From Bdellovibrionales bacterium (GTDB taxonomy: Bacteria > Bdellovibrionota > Bdellovibrionia > Bdellovibrionales > CAYMLA01), in assembly GCA_965217115.1 (NCBI GenBank), contig OZ244239.1, positions 1,024,001-1,088,000 of the forward strand: a stretch of DNA of 64,000 nt, written 5' to 3'. How positions within the stretch are numbered: the stretch's first letter is position 1; each line of letters starts with the position of its first letter. The notes under the pieces were generated by a model, which did not search any database, was not told the DNA's origin, and was given only the letters and a program-made list of their open reading frames with translations. Both the position numbers and the translations under genes were made by a program. Positions 9,710 to 19,592 of the stretch are shown here, in pieces.

Positions 9710-10891
9710 ATGGCAGTGATTGTATTAAAATTTGGTGGTAGTACTCTTAAAAACCCTGACTTAATCAAATCAGCGGCTCAACGTATTGCGTGCTTAAAAA
9801 AACAAAATCACGACATCATAGTTGTCGTTAGTGCCATGGGGGCCTCTACCAGTAATCTTCTAAATATGGCCTATGATATCTCCTCAAAACCTTGCCGTCG
9901 AGAAATGGATATGCTCATAACTGCCGGTGAAAGAATCAGCATGGCTCTTTTCAGCATCGCTTTACAAGAAGAGGGATGTCCTGCCATTAGTTTTACGGGA
10001 AGTCAGGCCGGAATCTTGACAACAAACTCCCACAGAGGAGCTGAAATCAAAGAGTTAAAACCACTTCGTGTCAAAGAAGCTCTGGAACAAGGGAAAATCG
10101 CTGTTTTAGCTGGCTTTCAGGGCGTCTCTCCTGAAACAAAAGAAGTCACAACCCTCGGACGAGGGGGATCTGATATTACGGCTGTTGCTTTTGCCCATCA
10201 TTTTCAGGCTAAACATTGCGAAATTCTAAAAGATGTTGATGGTGTCTATTCCTATGATCCAAAATTACTGCCTCAAAGCCGTTTACTTAGTCATATCTCC
10301 AGTCAAAGTTTTTCATCCATGACTTTCTGGGGTGCTCAAGTTCTCTACTATAAGGCCGCACAATTAGCCGAAGAAAAAAAAGTTTCTCTAATCATCCGCA
10401 ATGCTTTTAATGACTCCGCAGGAACTAAAATCACCCATGAGAAAGAAACCTCTTTTCAATGGTTATCTATCAGCTCTCACAAGCAAGTCTGGTCTGTACA
10501 AAAAAAAATAGGCTTCAATGAAAAATCTTTCTTTGAAACCTGTCAGAAAAACCAAATTCCTATCCCTACTATCCTGAGTAAAAACGAAAATTCCTTATGG
10601 CTTACAATAGACCAAGAGAATCAACCACAACTGAGCACTCTTCTCATAAAAACTTTCGACCAAATCCATATAAAAAGCTTTTCTTCAGTTTCTTTAATTG
10701 CCAACTCTACAATTCAAGAAAACCATAAAAAAAACATTCTAGCTCAAATAGATCTCTACAGAAAAAATATTTTTGATATACAACAAACAGACAACACCCT
10801 TTCTTTTTGGATTCCTTCAGGGGCAGGAGATGACTTTATACAACATCTTCACCTTTCTCTTGGCTTGAGCACAAAGCTCATTAAACAATAA
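9710..10891 (+). CDS. lysC: Aspartate kinase
   Basis: VLKFGGST, VVVSAMG, AGERIS, AGFQG, TTLGRGGSD, DVDGVY. Confidence 0.88.
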   Translation: MAVIVLKFGGSTLKNPDLIKSAAQRIACLKKQNHDIIVVVSAMGASTSNLLNMAYDISSKPCRREMDMLITAGERISMALFSIALQEEGCPAISFTGSQAGILTTNSHRGAEIKELKPLRVKEALEQGKIAVLAGFQGVSPETKEVTTLGRGGSDITAVAFAHHFQAKHCEILKDVDGVYSYDPKLLPQSRLLSHISSQSFSSMTFWGAQVLYYKAAQLAEEKKVSLIIRNAFNDSAGTKITHEKETSFQWLSISSHKQVWSVQKKIGFNEKSFFETCQKNQIPIPTILSKNENSLWLTIDQENQPQLSTLLIKTFDQIHIKSFSSVSLIANSTIQENHKKNILAQIDLYRKNIFDIQQTDNTLSFWIPSGAGDDFIQHLHLSLGLSTKLIKQ

Positions 10892-10931
10892 AGAACCCCA
10901 TTAAAAACGATATCTCTTTAGCCAGATCAGA

Positions 10932-12323
10932 TTAAAAAGGCCCACAAACAAGAGCCCTCTGCACTCCCTTGCCCATTGTCTCAATGCCATTAATAAGCTT
11001 CTCCCTCTCCAATAAAACAGAGATAATATGTTCACTGTAACGATCCGCCGTCTCCTTCATCATGCCCATCATCGGCCAACCCCATAAAGAGGCAAAGTAA
11101 ACACCATCTTCCACAAAATAAGGATCATTGAGAAAAGTACAGGACATTACATTTTCTATTGCGCAACGATTCGTAGGACTTCCTCCAACCAGATCAATAA
11201 TCACTGAATTATCAGGAATCAAATTCTTTACATGATCTTTGGTGATTAAAAAATTCTTTCCTCGTAATTCCACTGGCTGTTCTGCTCCATTCACTATCAA
11301 ATCAACATTTGACAAATAACCTTCAATACGCCCTTTAACTGTGTTACGATGACCGAGAATACTAATTTTCTTCACACCATGATCGTAAATCTCTCGAATA
11401 GCCCCCATTCCCACATTGCCGTATCCCATAACAACCACTTTAAAATCAGCGAGGTTCTTATCTTTTAATTTTTTCTCCCTAAGCAGCCTCAACCCATAGC
11501 GAGCACCTGCCTGCCCTGTTTCATGCAAACACTGAATTCGACGTAAACCAAATTCAAAAGGCGGGTTCTCTTCGCGATAAGTTTGAATTTCCTTATCTCC
11601 CTTTTCTTCCTCAAACTCTGTTAAATCAAAAACCTGTAGCGATTTTTCTTCAAGGAGCTTAATCAAATTCATATCACCTTTAAAAATTTTTGAATCATAG
11701 AAAAACAAACTTTTATCTGTAATTTCTCCTAAATCCTCTAATTTTACATTGTCATTCCAAAGAGTTAAAGAATTAACTGAACGATTTCCTGCTCGGCGCA
11801 GTCCTCCCATTAAACGAGACGAATAACCCAAAACATTTAAATCAATGTCCTCTCCAGCTATCGTCTGTCTATTTAAAAACTCAAACATTGCGACCTTACT
11901 TAAAATAATTTCATCCAATACAAATTTAGGCGACTCTAGAATTTCTTCCATAGCAATCACATTGATTTGGCTTTTTTCAAGAAGACTTGCTCTGTCAGGA
12001 TAAGAGTGAAAATGGGCCATACAAAAAAGTGTGGCTCCATGGGACATCATTTCAACAGCCTCCATTGATGGACCCTTAAATTTAATCACCATATCTTTCT
12101 GAGAATAAATACTTCCATAATCCTCTAACTTAGCCCCCGCCTTAATATACGCCTCATCAGAATACCCCACTCTTTTTCCCGCCCCTCTTTCAACATAAAC
12201 CTCACAGCCAGCTTCAACAAGAGAGCCTACTCCTCTAGGGTTCAAGGCCACTCTCTCTTCCTTAGCCCCTGGATTTTCAGGAGATTCATTCTCTTTCACC
12301 AAAGCCACTTTTTTATATTTCAT
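10932..12323 (-). CDS. Alanine dehydrogenase/PNT-fold NAD(P)-dependent oxidoreductase of unknown substrate
   Basis: VKE..ERVALNP, VERGAG..GYSDEAY..AGA, IKFK; Rossmann VVMGYGNVGMGA; SVIIDL; start placed at MKYKK after GGGG. Confidence 0.75.
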   Translation of the reverse strand: MKYKKVALVKENESPENPGAKEERVALNPRGVGSLVEAGCEVYVERGAGKRVGYSDEAYIKAGAKLEDYGSIYSQKDMVIKFKGPSMEAVEMMSHGATLFCMAHFHSYPDRASLLEKSQINVIAMEEILESPKFVLDEIILSKVAMFEFLNRQTIAGEDIDLNVLGYSSRLMGGLRRAGNRSVNSLTLWNDNVKLEDLGEITDKSLFFYDSKIFKGDMNLIKLLEEKSLQVFDLTEFEEEKGDKEIQTYREENPPFEFGLRRIQCLHETGQAGARYGLRLLREKKLKDKNLADFKVVVMGYGNVGMGAIREIYDHGVKKISILGHRNTVKGRIEGYLSNVDLIVNGAEQPVELRGKNFLITKDHVKNLIPDNSVIIDLVGGSPTNRCAIENVMSCTFLNDPYFVEDGVYFASLWGWPMMGMMKETADRYSEHIISVLLEREKLINGIETMGKGVQRALVCGPF

Positions 12324-12353
12324 TTCTACCCCTGACTTATTCACCATAAAGCG

Positions 12354-12383
12354 ATTTACAGTTAATATCTGTTAACTGTAAAT
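12354..12383. promoter_or_regulatory. 30-bp palindrome, candidate operator for the AlaDH-like gene
   Basis: ATTTACAGTTAA-tatctg-TTAACTGTAAAT, ~30 bp upstream of the start. Confidence 0.55.
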
Positions 12384-12398
12384 TTTAACCTAAAATAT

Positions 12399-12432
12399 AA
12401 AAAACTCCTGCTTGATACAAGCAGAAGTTTTT
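12399..12432 (-). terminator. Intrinsic terminator after recA
   Basis: Minus strand CTTCTGCTTG-TAT-CAAGCAGGAG followed by a T-run. Confidence 0.8.
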
Positions 12433-12496
12433 CGACAACTGATAATAATTTTCCCACTCCATCTCAAATAATGAAGGACAAACCCTCTTTAAAAGA

Positions 12497-13600
12497 TCAC
12501 TTTCTAGCTCCTTTACGAACTTTTTTTTCAGGAGCAGGAACTGGCGTTACCTCCGACCCCATGGATTTTTTTTCGGCATTAGATTCATTTTCAATAATAC
12601 CACTGACCTTTAGGATTTTCTGTCGTAATTCAGTGATTATTTTAGGATTTTCTTTTAGAAAGATTTTTGCCGCATCACGCCCTTGCCCCATTCTTTCACC
12701 ATTATAGCTGTACCAAGCACCCGCTTTCTCAGCAAACTCATGCTTCACTGCAAGATCTAAAATATCACCTTCAGTGGAAATTCCCTCTCCGTACATAAGG
12801 TCAAATTCAACTCTTTGAAAGGGAGCGGCCATTTTGTTTTTTACAACCTTTACAGCTGTTCGGTTCCCCACAACAACATCCCCATTTTTAATAGCGCCAA
12901 TACGGCGAATATCCAAACGCACTGAGGAATAGAATTTAAGGGCATTGCCACCTGTTGTCGTTTCTGGATTTCCAAACATCACTCCTATTTTCATTCGTAT
13001 TTGGTTTATAAAAATCACTAATGTGTTACTACGATTGATTGATCCTGTTAATTTTCTCAATGCCTGAGACATTAATCGAGCCTGAAGACCCATGTGACTA
13101 TCTCCCATGTCTCCTTCAATCTCAGCACGAGGAACCAACGCCGCAACCGAATCCACAACTAAAACATCAATCGCTCCCGATCTCACTAAAGTTTCTGTGA
13201 TTTCCAACGCCTGCTCACCTGTATCCGGCTGAGAGATCAAAAGATCTTCAGTCCTAACACCCAATTTCTTGGCATAGGTGACGTCCAAAGCATGCTCAGC
13301 GTCGACAAATGCAACAACTCCCCCCTCTTTTTGAGCCTCGGCAATGGCCTGTAGACAAAGTGTTGTTTTACCTGAACTCTCTGGACCATAAACTTCAACA
13401 ATCCGCCCTTTTGGCAATCCACCAATTCCCAAAGCAAGATCTAAACTCAAAGCCCCTGTACTTATGGAAGGCACATTGACTTTTTTGTTATTATTTCCGA
13501 GACGCATAATAGCCCCTTTGCCAAATTGCTTCTCAATAGAAGCCATGGCCATATCAATGGCTTTTCCCTTGTTCGGATCTCTCTCAATAGTTGCTTTCAT
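12497..13600 (-). CDS. recA: Recombinase A
   Basis: [39 protein letters not shown]. Confidence 0.99.
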   Translation of the reverse strand: MKATIERDPNKGKAIDMAMASIEKQFGKGAIMRLGNNNKKVNVPSISTGALSLDLALGIGGLPKGRIVEVYGPESSGKTTLCLQAIAEAQKEGGVVAFVDAEHALDVTYAKKLGVRTEDLLISQPDTGEQALEITETLVRSGAIDVLVVDSVAALVPRAEIEGDMGDSHMGLQARLMSQALRKLTGSINRSNTLVIFINQIRMKIGVMFGNPETTTGGNALKFYSSVRLDIRRIGAIKNGDVVVGNRTAVKVVKNKMAAPFQRVEFDLMYGEGISTEGDILDLAVKHEFAEKAGAWYSYNGERMGQGRDAAKIFLKENPKIITELRQKILKVSGIIENESNAEKKSMGSEVTPVPAPEKKVRKGARK

Positions 13601-13706
13601 TCTTCTTCCCTCCGTGTTGCTTGGTTATCGTGGATTTGCTGCCAAACGGTTATACCCTCTTCATTACTCGAATCTAACCATTTCACAACAAGCCCACTGT
13701 TGTTAT

Positions 13707-14201
13707 TCATTGTTTGTTCTCTTCTTTAATGCTTTCACTTAATAATTCAAAAATTCTTAAAGCCGATTTCTCTTGAACACGCTTACGATCGCCTGAAAAT
13801 TTTTTTCTCTCTGTTTTTTCAATTTTTGGACCAACAAGACCAAAGCACACCGTACCTACAGGTTTTTCTTTCGTACCACCCGTCGGACCTGCCACACCTG
13901 TCACAGAAACACTCCAATCCGATTTTAACCTCTCACGAACTCCCAAAGCCATCTCCATTGCAACCTGCTCGCTCACCGCGCCTCTCTCTTCTATTAATTT
14001 CTCTCTTACCCCCAAAACATCAATCTTACTTTTATTAGAATAGGAGACCACACTTCCCTGGAAAACCTCGGACACACCCGAAAGTTCCGTTAAAATAGAG
14101 GACGCCAACCCCCCCGTACAACTCTCGGCAAAAGACACCGTCCACTGATTTTTTTTCATCAATTCAACTAAATTCTTCACCAGTTCCAACCTATCAATCA
14201 C
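13707..14201 (-). CDS. cinA: CinA/PncC family NMN deamidase
   Basis: AESCTGG, YSNKSK, GAVS, TGVAGPTGGT..KPVGTV. Confidence 0.92.
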   Translation of the reverse strand: MIDRLELVKNLVELMKKNQWTVSFAESCTGGLASSILTELSGVSEVFQGSVVSYSNKSKIDVLGVREKLIEERGAVSEQVAMEMALGVRERLKSDWSVSVTGVAGPTGGTKEKPVGTVCFGLVGPKIEKTERKKFSGDRKRVQEKSALRIFELLSESIKEENKQ

Positions 14202-14203
14202 AG

Positions 14204-14761
14204 TTAACCACCATTAAAAATCACAGGAGAAAATGACTCCCCTAACCAATCTGTCCGTCGATACATCACCTGTAAAATACCACTCGTAACCAAACCCGCA
14301 GCCACGTCATCTAAAACAACTCCCAATCCCCCCCCCACTTTTCGATCCAGATGACCTATGAAAAGGGGTTTCCAAATATCAAACACCCGAAACAAAACAA
14401 ACGCTCCTAAAAAGGACTGCCAAGTCATAGGAAGCCACGTCATTGCCACCAAAAAACCTGCCACCTCATCAATCACCACTTCGCTAGCATCGTGTGGCCC
14501 CCCGCGCTCTTCATACAAATGACAAATCCAAACACTGAAGGCAATAAATAGATAAGTCGCCACCATGTAACCGACGTTACCAAACTGATAAAAACAATAA
14601 ACCAAGGGAACACCCAAAAGAGTTCCCACTGTTCCAGGCATCCAAGGCGCCCTACCTAACCAAAATCCCAAAGCAAAAAATTTAACCAACGATTTAGTCA
14701 GCGATTCAATCAGACCTCTCTGTCCCTCGTCGCCTCTATCTCTACTTAAATTCTCTCCCAT
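14204..14761 (-). CDS. pgpA: Phosphatidylglycerophosphatase A
   Basis: PGTVGT, HDASEVVIDEVAG, FRVFDIWKP, GVVLDDVAAG. Confidence 0.95.
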   Translation of the reverse strand: MGENLSRDRGDEGQRGLIESLTKSLVKFFALGFWLGRAPWMPGTVGTLLGVPLVYCFYQFGNVGYMVATYLFIAFSVWICHLYEERGGPHDASEVVIDEVAGFLVAMTWLPMTWQSFLGAFVLFRVFDIWKPLFIGHLDRKVGGGLGVVLDDVAAGLVTSGILQVMYRRTDWLGESFSPVIFNGG

Positions 14762-14804
14762 TAAACCCTCTCAATATTCTCACAGACATTAGTCTAGCTC
14801 TGTT

Positions 14805-15020
14805 TTATAGAAATTTTATACCAAATTCATGCTCAATTTCACCCAAGGCCCAAACTCTGTCAGGCTTACCCGCCATATCCAATCTGCGCTTATCCTCAAA
14901 AAGTGCCCCTGCTCTGCGTCGGTATAAATAAGCTCTGATGTGTAAGTTATGTGTAAATAAAGTGTAAGTCAATGGGCTTTCATAAAAAACCCGACTTAAT
15001 TCCAATAAGCCTATTTCCAA
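14805..15020 (-). CDS. Short hypothetical ORF or gene remnant
   Basis: 71-codon ORF co-oriented with pgpA, TTG start, no recognisable motif. Confidence 0.3.
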   Translation of the reverse strand: MEIGLLELSRVFYESPLTYTLFTHNLHIRAYLYRRRAGALFEDKRRLDMAGKPDRVWALGEIEHEFGIKFL

Positions 15021-15169
15021 CTTCCAAATGACTCACTTCAAAAATGAAAATCTCGGACCAGGTGAGACGATCCCGGCAAAAATACTTAAATGAAAGTCAG
15101 AGAGTTTTCCTCCACGAACTGCTTGCCTAAGTAAATGACATTGACGCTAAATAGTTACGAAGTCTATAT

Positions 15170-15661
15170 ATGTACACTGTGAAAGAAAAAAATAACAAAA
15201 CAACAACGCCCTACCGCAAACCTTGTCAACATCGAATGATGGACTTTCTCTCCAGATGCAACTACTCCGAAAAAGAACTGAAACAAAAACTCTCTCGATC
15301 CTCTTACCAATACACCCAAATTGAAATTGACAATTCTCTCAAGTACGCCAAAGACCACGGTTATCTACTTCCTCCAGATGAACTCTCTCAACGTGTCGCC
15401 CTCAACCTACATCAGAAAAATAAAGGCATTCTATATATAAATAATTATCTCAGAGAAAAGGGCCTGCCCTCCGTTGATAAAGACTTCGGTTTGGAAAACA
15501 AAAAGGCTCTTGAGATTATCGAACGACGCCTCTCTCTAAGCGACAGACAAAATGACAAAACCACACTCTCTTTTGAAGAAAAACAAAAAATTCAACGCCA
15601 ACTACACAATCGAGGCTTTGACTTCGAAACAATAAAAAAGGCTATCCATGAAAAGTTCTGA
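15170..15661 (+). CDS. recX: Regulatory protein RecX (exact start uncertain)
   Basis: DFLSRCNYSEKELKQKL, KGILYI..YLREKG, LHNRGF; precedes alaS. Confidence 0.82.
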   Translation: MYTVKEKNNKTTTPYRKPCQHRMMDFLSRCNYSEKELKQKLSRSSYQYTQIEIDNSLKYAKDHGYLLPPDELSQRVALNLHQKNKGILYINNYLREKGLPSVDKDFGLENKKALEIIERRLSLSDRQNDKTTLSFEEKQKIQRQLHNRGFDFETIKKAIHEKF

Positions 15662-18494
15662 AATCCGTCAAGCTTTTATCGATTATTTCAAAAAGCATGA
15701 ACACACACATATTTCAAGTAGTAGTCTCATCCCTGAAGATGATCCAACCCTACTTTTTACCAACGCTGGTATGAATCAATTTAAAAACACTTTCACTGGT
15801 CTAGAAACAAAGGCTTATAAAACAGCCGCCACATCACAAAAATGCGTGCGTGCTGGAGGTAAACACAACGATCTAGACAATGTTGGTCACACAGCACGTC
15901 ACCATACTTTCTTTGAAATGCTCGGTAATTTTTCCTTTGGGGATTATTTTAAAAAAGAAGCCATTCACTATGCATGGGATTTTCTCACCAACACTCTTAA
16001 TATTCCTAAAGACAAACTCTACGTCACCGTTTTTGAAACGGATGATGAGGCTGCCGATCTCTGGCACACACAAGAAGGTCTTTCAAAAAATCGCATCTTT
16101 CGCTTTGGTGAAGCTGATAACTTCTGGCGCATGGGCGACTCTGGTCCCTGTGGCCCTTGTTCGGAAATTTTTTACGATCATGGTCCCGATTTTGGAGAGT
16201 ACCCCTCTGTCAAAGAAGGTATTGCCAGTGGAGACGATCGTTATGTTGAGATATGGAACCTGGTTTTCATGCAATATCTTGAAAACGAGAATGGCAAACG
16301 CTCCCCTTTGCCAACCCCCTCCATCGATACTGGTGCAGGCCTAGAACGACTTGCCGCTATTATGCAAAATACCCCCAATAATTATGACACTGATATTTTC
16401 TTGGCTATTATTAAAGAAATTGAAAACATCAGCAAAAAAAAATACATCAACGATTCTAAAATTCTTTCAAAAAATAAAGACATTCGAAAAAATACCGCCG
16501 CTATGCGCGTTCTTGCAGATCATGCCCGCTCCTGTGCCTTTCTTATCGCCGACGGAGTGATGCCCGCTAACGAAGGACGTGGATATATCTTACGTCGCAT
16601 CCTTCGCCGAGGAATCCGTTACGGAAAAACTCTCACAGAAAAATCTATCCTACCATCTCTTACTCCTATCGTCGTGGAACTTATGGGGAACGCTTATCCT
16701 GAGCTAAAAGAGCGTCGTGACTTAATTCGACAAACCATCAGAGACGAGGAGACTCGATTTTTAGAAACTCTCGATAAGGGAACTCTAATTCTTAATGAAG
16801 CTCTGAAGCTATTGGATAACAAAGAACAAAAAACACTCGACGGTATCACAGCTTTTAAACTTTACGACACCTATGGTTTTCCCTTAGACCTGACAAAAAT
16901 CATGGCTGCAGAAAAAGGTTGTTCCGTCGATGACGAATCCTTTGAAAAATCTATGGAAGAAGCTCGCTTCACAGCCAAAGCTAGCTGGAAGGGCAAAGGC
17001 CTCTCACAAAATGAAGCCCATCTTATTGAGCTAACACAGTCCGCAAAAGAAACACTCAGAAAGTCCAAGAACAGTGACACCACAGAAACTTTCTCTGGTT
17101 ACGGAGATAATTTAAAATTAGAGAAAGAGCCTGTCTTATTTATTTCTGATGGCGACAAAATTGTTTCAGAACTTGGCAGAGACCAAGAGGGGATTTTAGT
17201 TTTTGCAACCACCCCTTTCTACGGTGAAAGTGGTGGACAAGCAGGCGATATTGGAACGATCATCACAATTGATGCCTCCTGTAAAATGCAAGTCCTCGAC
17301 TGCACAAAACGCCTCGGTATCGTCTGTCATCACGTCAAAATGTTAAACGGGACTCTTAGGAATAAAGATCGCTGCCATCTAAAGGTTGACCCTGAACACA
17401 GATATAACTCTATGGCTAATCACTCGGCCACCCACTTGCTTCACGGTGCTCTGCGCGAGGTCCTCGGTTCACATATCACTCAATCGGGATCACTCGTCAC
17501 TGCCGAAAAATTACGTTTTGATTTTACCCACAATAAGCCACTCACTTCTGGACAGATAAATAAAATCGAGGAACTTGTCCAAGAAGGGGTTTTTCAACAC
17601 ACATCTGTTCACACAGAAGAGATGTCACCTCAAGAAGCCATCGATTCTGGCGCTCTGGCTCTCTTTGGTGAAAAATATGGCTCCTCTGTAAGGGTTGTCA
17701 AGATGGGAAGATTCTCAACTGAACTTTGTGGAGGAACCCATGTCCCTGATACCTCGTGGATTTATGACTTTATTATCACAAGTGAAACGGGGATTAGTTC
17801 CGGTGTTCGTCGCATAGAAGCTATTACTGGCAAAAAAGCCTTTGATTACAATCTTGAAAATCGGCGACAAATAGAATTGGCAAAAAAAGATATCAACATG
17901 AATTACATTCCTACCATTGCCGAAGTCGCAAGAGAAAAAGAAATCAAACTAATAGAAGAACAAAAGTTGCAAATAGAAAAAAACCGTGACTCCACCACAT
18001 CGAAAACTTTAGCTACCTCAACCACTTCAGATATCGACCTTTATCTCATAAATAAAAAACTAAGAGAAAAGGATGAAATTATCAGATGCCTAGAAAAAAA
18101 CATCAAATCCCTTAAGAAGGCTCAAATAGATATTGAACCAATTCTTAGTGAAGCACGATCATTTCAATCAGGTGAACAAAAAGGACTTTTGGTGATCGCT
18201 GATTTAAAATTGGATGACCGTGAGGTTCTAACTGACATCAGCGATAAATTAAAAAATAAAGTTGGTACTGGAATTGTCATCATTATTGGTCAGGGAGAAT
18301 CTTCCCATCCTCTCATCGTCTCTGTCAGCAAAGACTTAACCAAAGCCTATCATGCTGGCAATCTACTCAAAGAAATTTCCTCCACCATGGGCGGAAAAGG
18401 CGGGGGGCGACCTGACTTTGCTCAAGGAGCCGCTCCTAATCGTGATAAAATCAAAGAAGCTTTCGATAAAGCCTCTTCAATGATTCTACAGTAG
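15648..18494 (+). CDS. alaS: Alanine-tRNA ligase
   Basis: LLFTNAGM, RHHTFFEMLGNFSFGDYFK, HSATH and ELCGGTH editing motifs, GGKGGGRPD. Confidence 0.99.
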   Translation: MKSSEIRQAFIDYFKKHEHTHISSSSLIPEDDPTLLFTNAGMNQFKNTFTGLETKAYKTAATSQKCVRAGGKHNDLDNVGHTARHHTFFEMLGNFSFGDYFKKEAIHYAWDFLTNTLNIPKDKLYVTVFETDDEAADLWHTQEGLSKNRIFRFGEADNFWRMGDSGPCGPCSEIFYDHGPDFGEYPSVKEGIASGDDRYVEIWNLVFMQYLENENGKRSPLPTPSIDTGAGLERLAAIMQNTPNNYDTDIFLAIIKEIENISKKKYINDSKILSKNKDIRKNTAAMRVLADHARSCAFLIADGVMPANEGRGYILRRILRRGIRYGKTLTEKSILPSLTPIVVELMGNAYPELKERRDLIRQTIRDEETRFLETLDKGTLILNEALKLLDNKEQKTLDGITAFKLYDTYGFPLDLTKIMAAEKGCSVDDESFEKSMEEARFTAKASWKGKGLSQNEAHLIELTQSAKETLRKSKNSDTTETFSGYGDNLKLEKEPVLFISDGDKIVSELGRDQEGILVFATTPFYGESGGQAGDIGTIITIDASCKMQVLDCTKRLGIVCHHVKMLNGTLRNKDRCHLKVDPEHRYNSMANHSATHLLHGALREVLGSHITQSGSLVTAEKLRFDFTHNKPLTSGQINKIEELVQEGVFQHTSVHTEEMSPQEAIDSGALALFGEKYGSSVRVVKMGRFSTELCGGTHVPDTSWIYDFIITSETGISSGVRRIEAITGKKAFDYNLENRRQIELAKKDINMNYIPTIAEVAREKEIKLIEEQKLQIEKNRDSTTSKTLATSTTSDIDLYLINKKLREKDEIIRCLEKNIKSLKKAQIDIEPILSEARSFQSGEQKGLLVIADLKLDDREVLTDISDKLKNKVGTGIVIIIGQGESSHPLIVSVSKDLTKAYHAGNLLKEISSTMGGKGGGRPDFAQGAAPNRDKIKEAFDKASSMILQ

Positions 18495-18505
18495 ACTCTA
18501 TAAAA

Positions 18506-19516
18506 ATGGCTCAGGGAGTAACTATTAAAACAACTCTCAAAACGACTGCCGACCAAAAAACTCTCCTTGATTGGTACAAAACCAACAAGCGTCCTCTGCC
18601 ATGGAGAAAAAATCGCGAACCCTACTCTGTGTGGATTTCAGAAATCATGTTACAACAGACCACTGTCACCGCTGTTATTCCCTATTATGAAAAATTTATG
18701 AAAATATTTCCCACACTCAAAGATCTCGCCTCTGCGCCAGAGAGCAAGGTTATTAAAAATTGGGCAGGCCTTGGTTATTATAGTCGCGCTCGCAACTTAT
18801 ATAAAGCGGCGCTGATTTTAAATAAACAGGGCTTTCCTAAAACCTACAAAGAACTCTTAAAACTCCCTGGCTTCGGTCCTTACACCTCAAGAGCTGTCTC
18901 CAGCATCGCTTTTAATGAAAACACGGGGGTCCTTGATGGCAATGTGATTCGAGTGCTTTCAAGGAAAAATGCTCTACTCAATAAATGGTGGACCACTGCG
19001 GGACGGGAGGAATTGCAAAACCTCTCCGATCAAATAGTCAGCAACACCCCTGCTCACAAGACCAATCAAGCCCTCATGGAGTTAGGCTCCACGATCTGCA
19101 CCCCAAGCACTCCAACATGTTTTCTTTGTCCATGGCTTAGCTCCTGCAAAGCACATAAACAAGGTGATCCACTGAAATACCCCCATAAAAGACCAAAACG
19201 ACCCAGAGAAATTTGGCACTGGAATGTAAAACTTATTTATCGGAAAAACATGGTCGTTCTTCTACCAAACACCTACACTCCTTTTCTCAAAAAACAATGG
19301 ATTTACCCTGGAACAATTAAACCACTTAATATCCCACCAAAATCCTTTAATTTTAAACACAGTATCACTCACCACGATATTCATGTGAGTGTTGAGATAT
19401 CTACACTACAAAAACTCTCCATATCTCAACGCAAAGAGAGTCGATGGTTTGAAATCAACAATATCTCTGAAGTGACGCCCTCTTCCTTGATAAAAAAAAT
19501 TTTAGAGACACATTAA
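18506..19516 (+). CDS. mutY: A/G-specific adenine glycosylase
   Basis: LPWR, SEIMLQQT, GLGYYSRARNL, LDGNV, C-x6-C-x2-C-x5-C Fe-S motif. Confidence 0.95.
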   Translation: MAQGVTIKTTLKTTADQKTLLDWYKTNKRPLPWRKNREPYSVWISEIMLQQTTVTAVIPYYEKFMKIFPTLKDLASAPESKVIKNWAGLGYYSRARNLYKAALILNKQGFPKTYKELLKLPGFGPYTSRAVSSIAFNENTGVLDGNVIRVLSRKNALLNKWWTTAGREELQNLSDQIVSNTPAHKTNQALMELGSTICTPSTPTCFLCPWLSSCKAHKQGDPLKYPHKRPKRPREIWHWNVKLIYRKNMVVLLPNTYTPFLKKQWIYPGTIKPLNIPPKSFNFKHSITHHDIHVSVEISTLQKLSISQRKESRWFEINNISEVTPSSLIKKILETH

Positions 19517-19592
19517 GATTCTGAATTAAACATGACATTGACACTAAAACCGCTATCTTCATGATTTCTTAATTTGAAACCTGACATGGCTT

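Noticed and set aside
14805..15146. TGA readthrough (selenoprotein) extension of the 71-aa ORF
   Set aside because: The extended frame has no plausible start or redox motif and no evident SECIS
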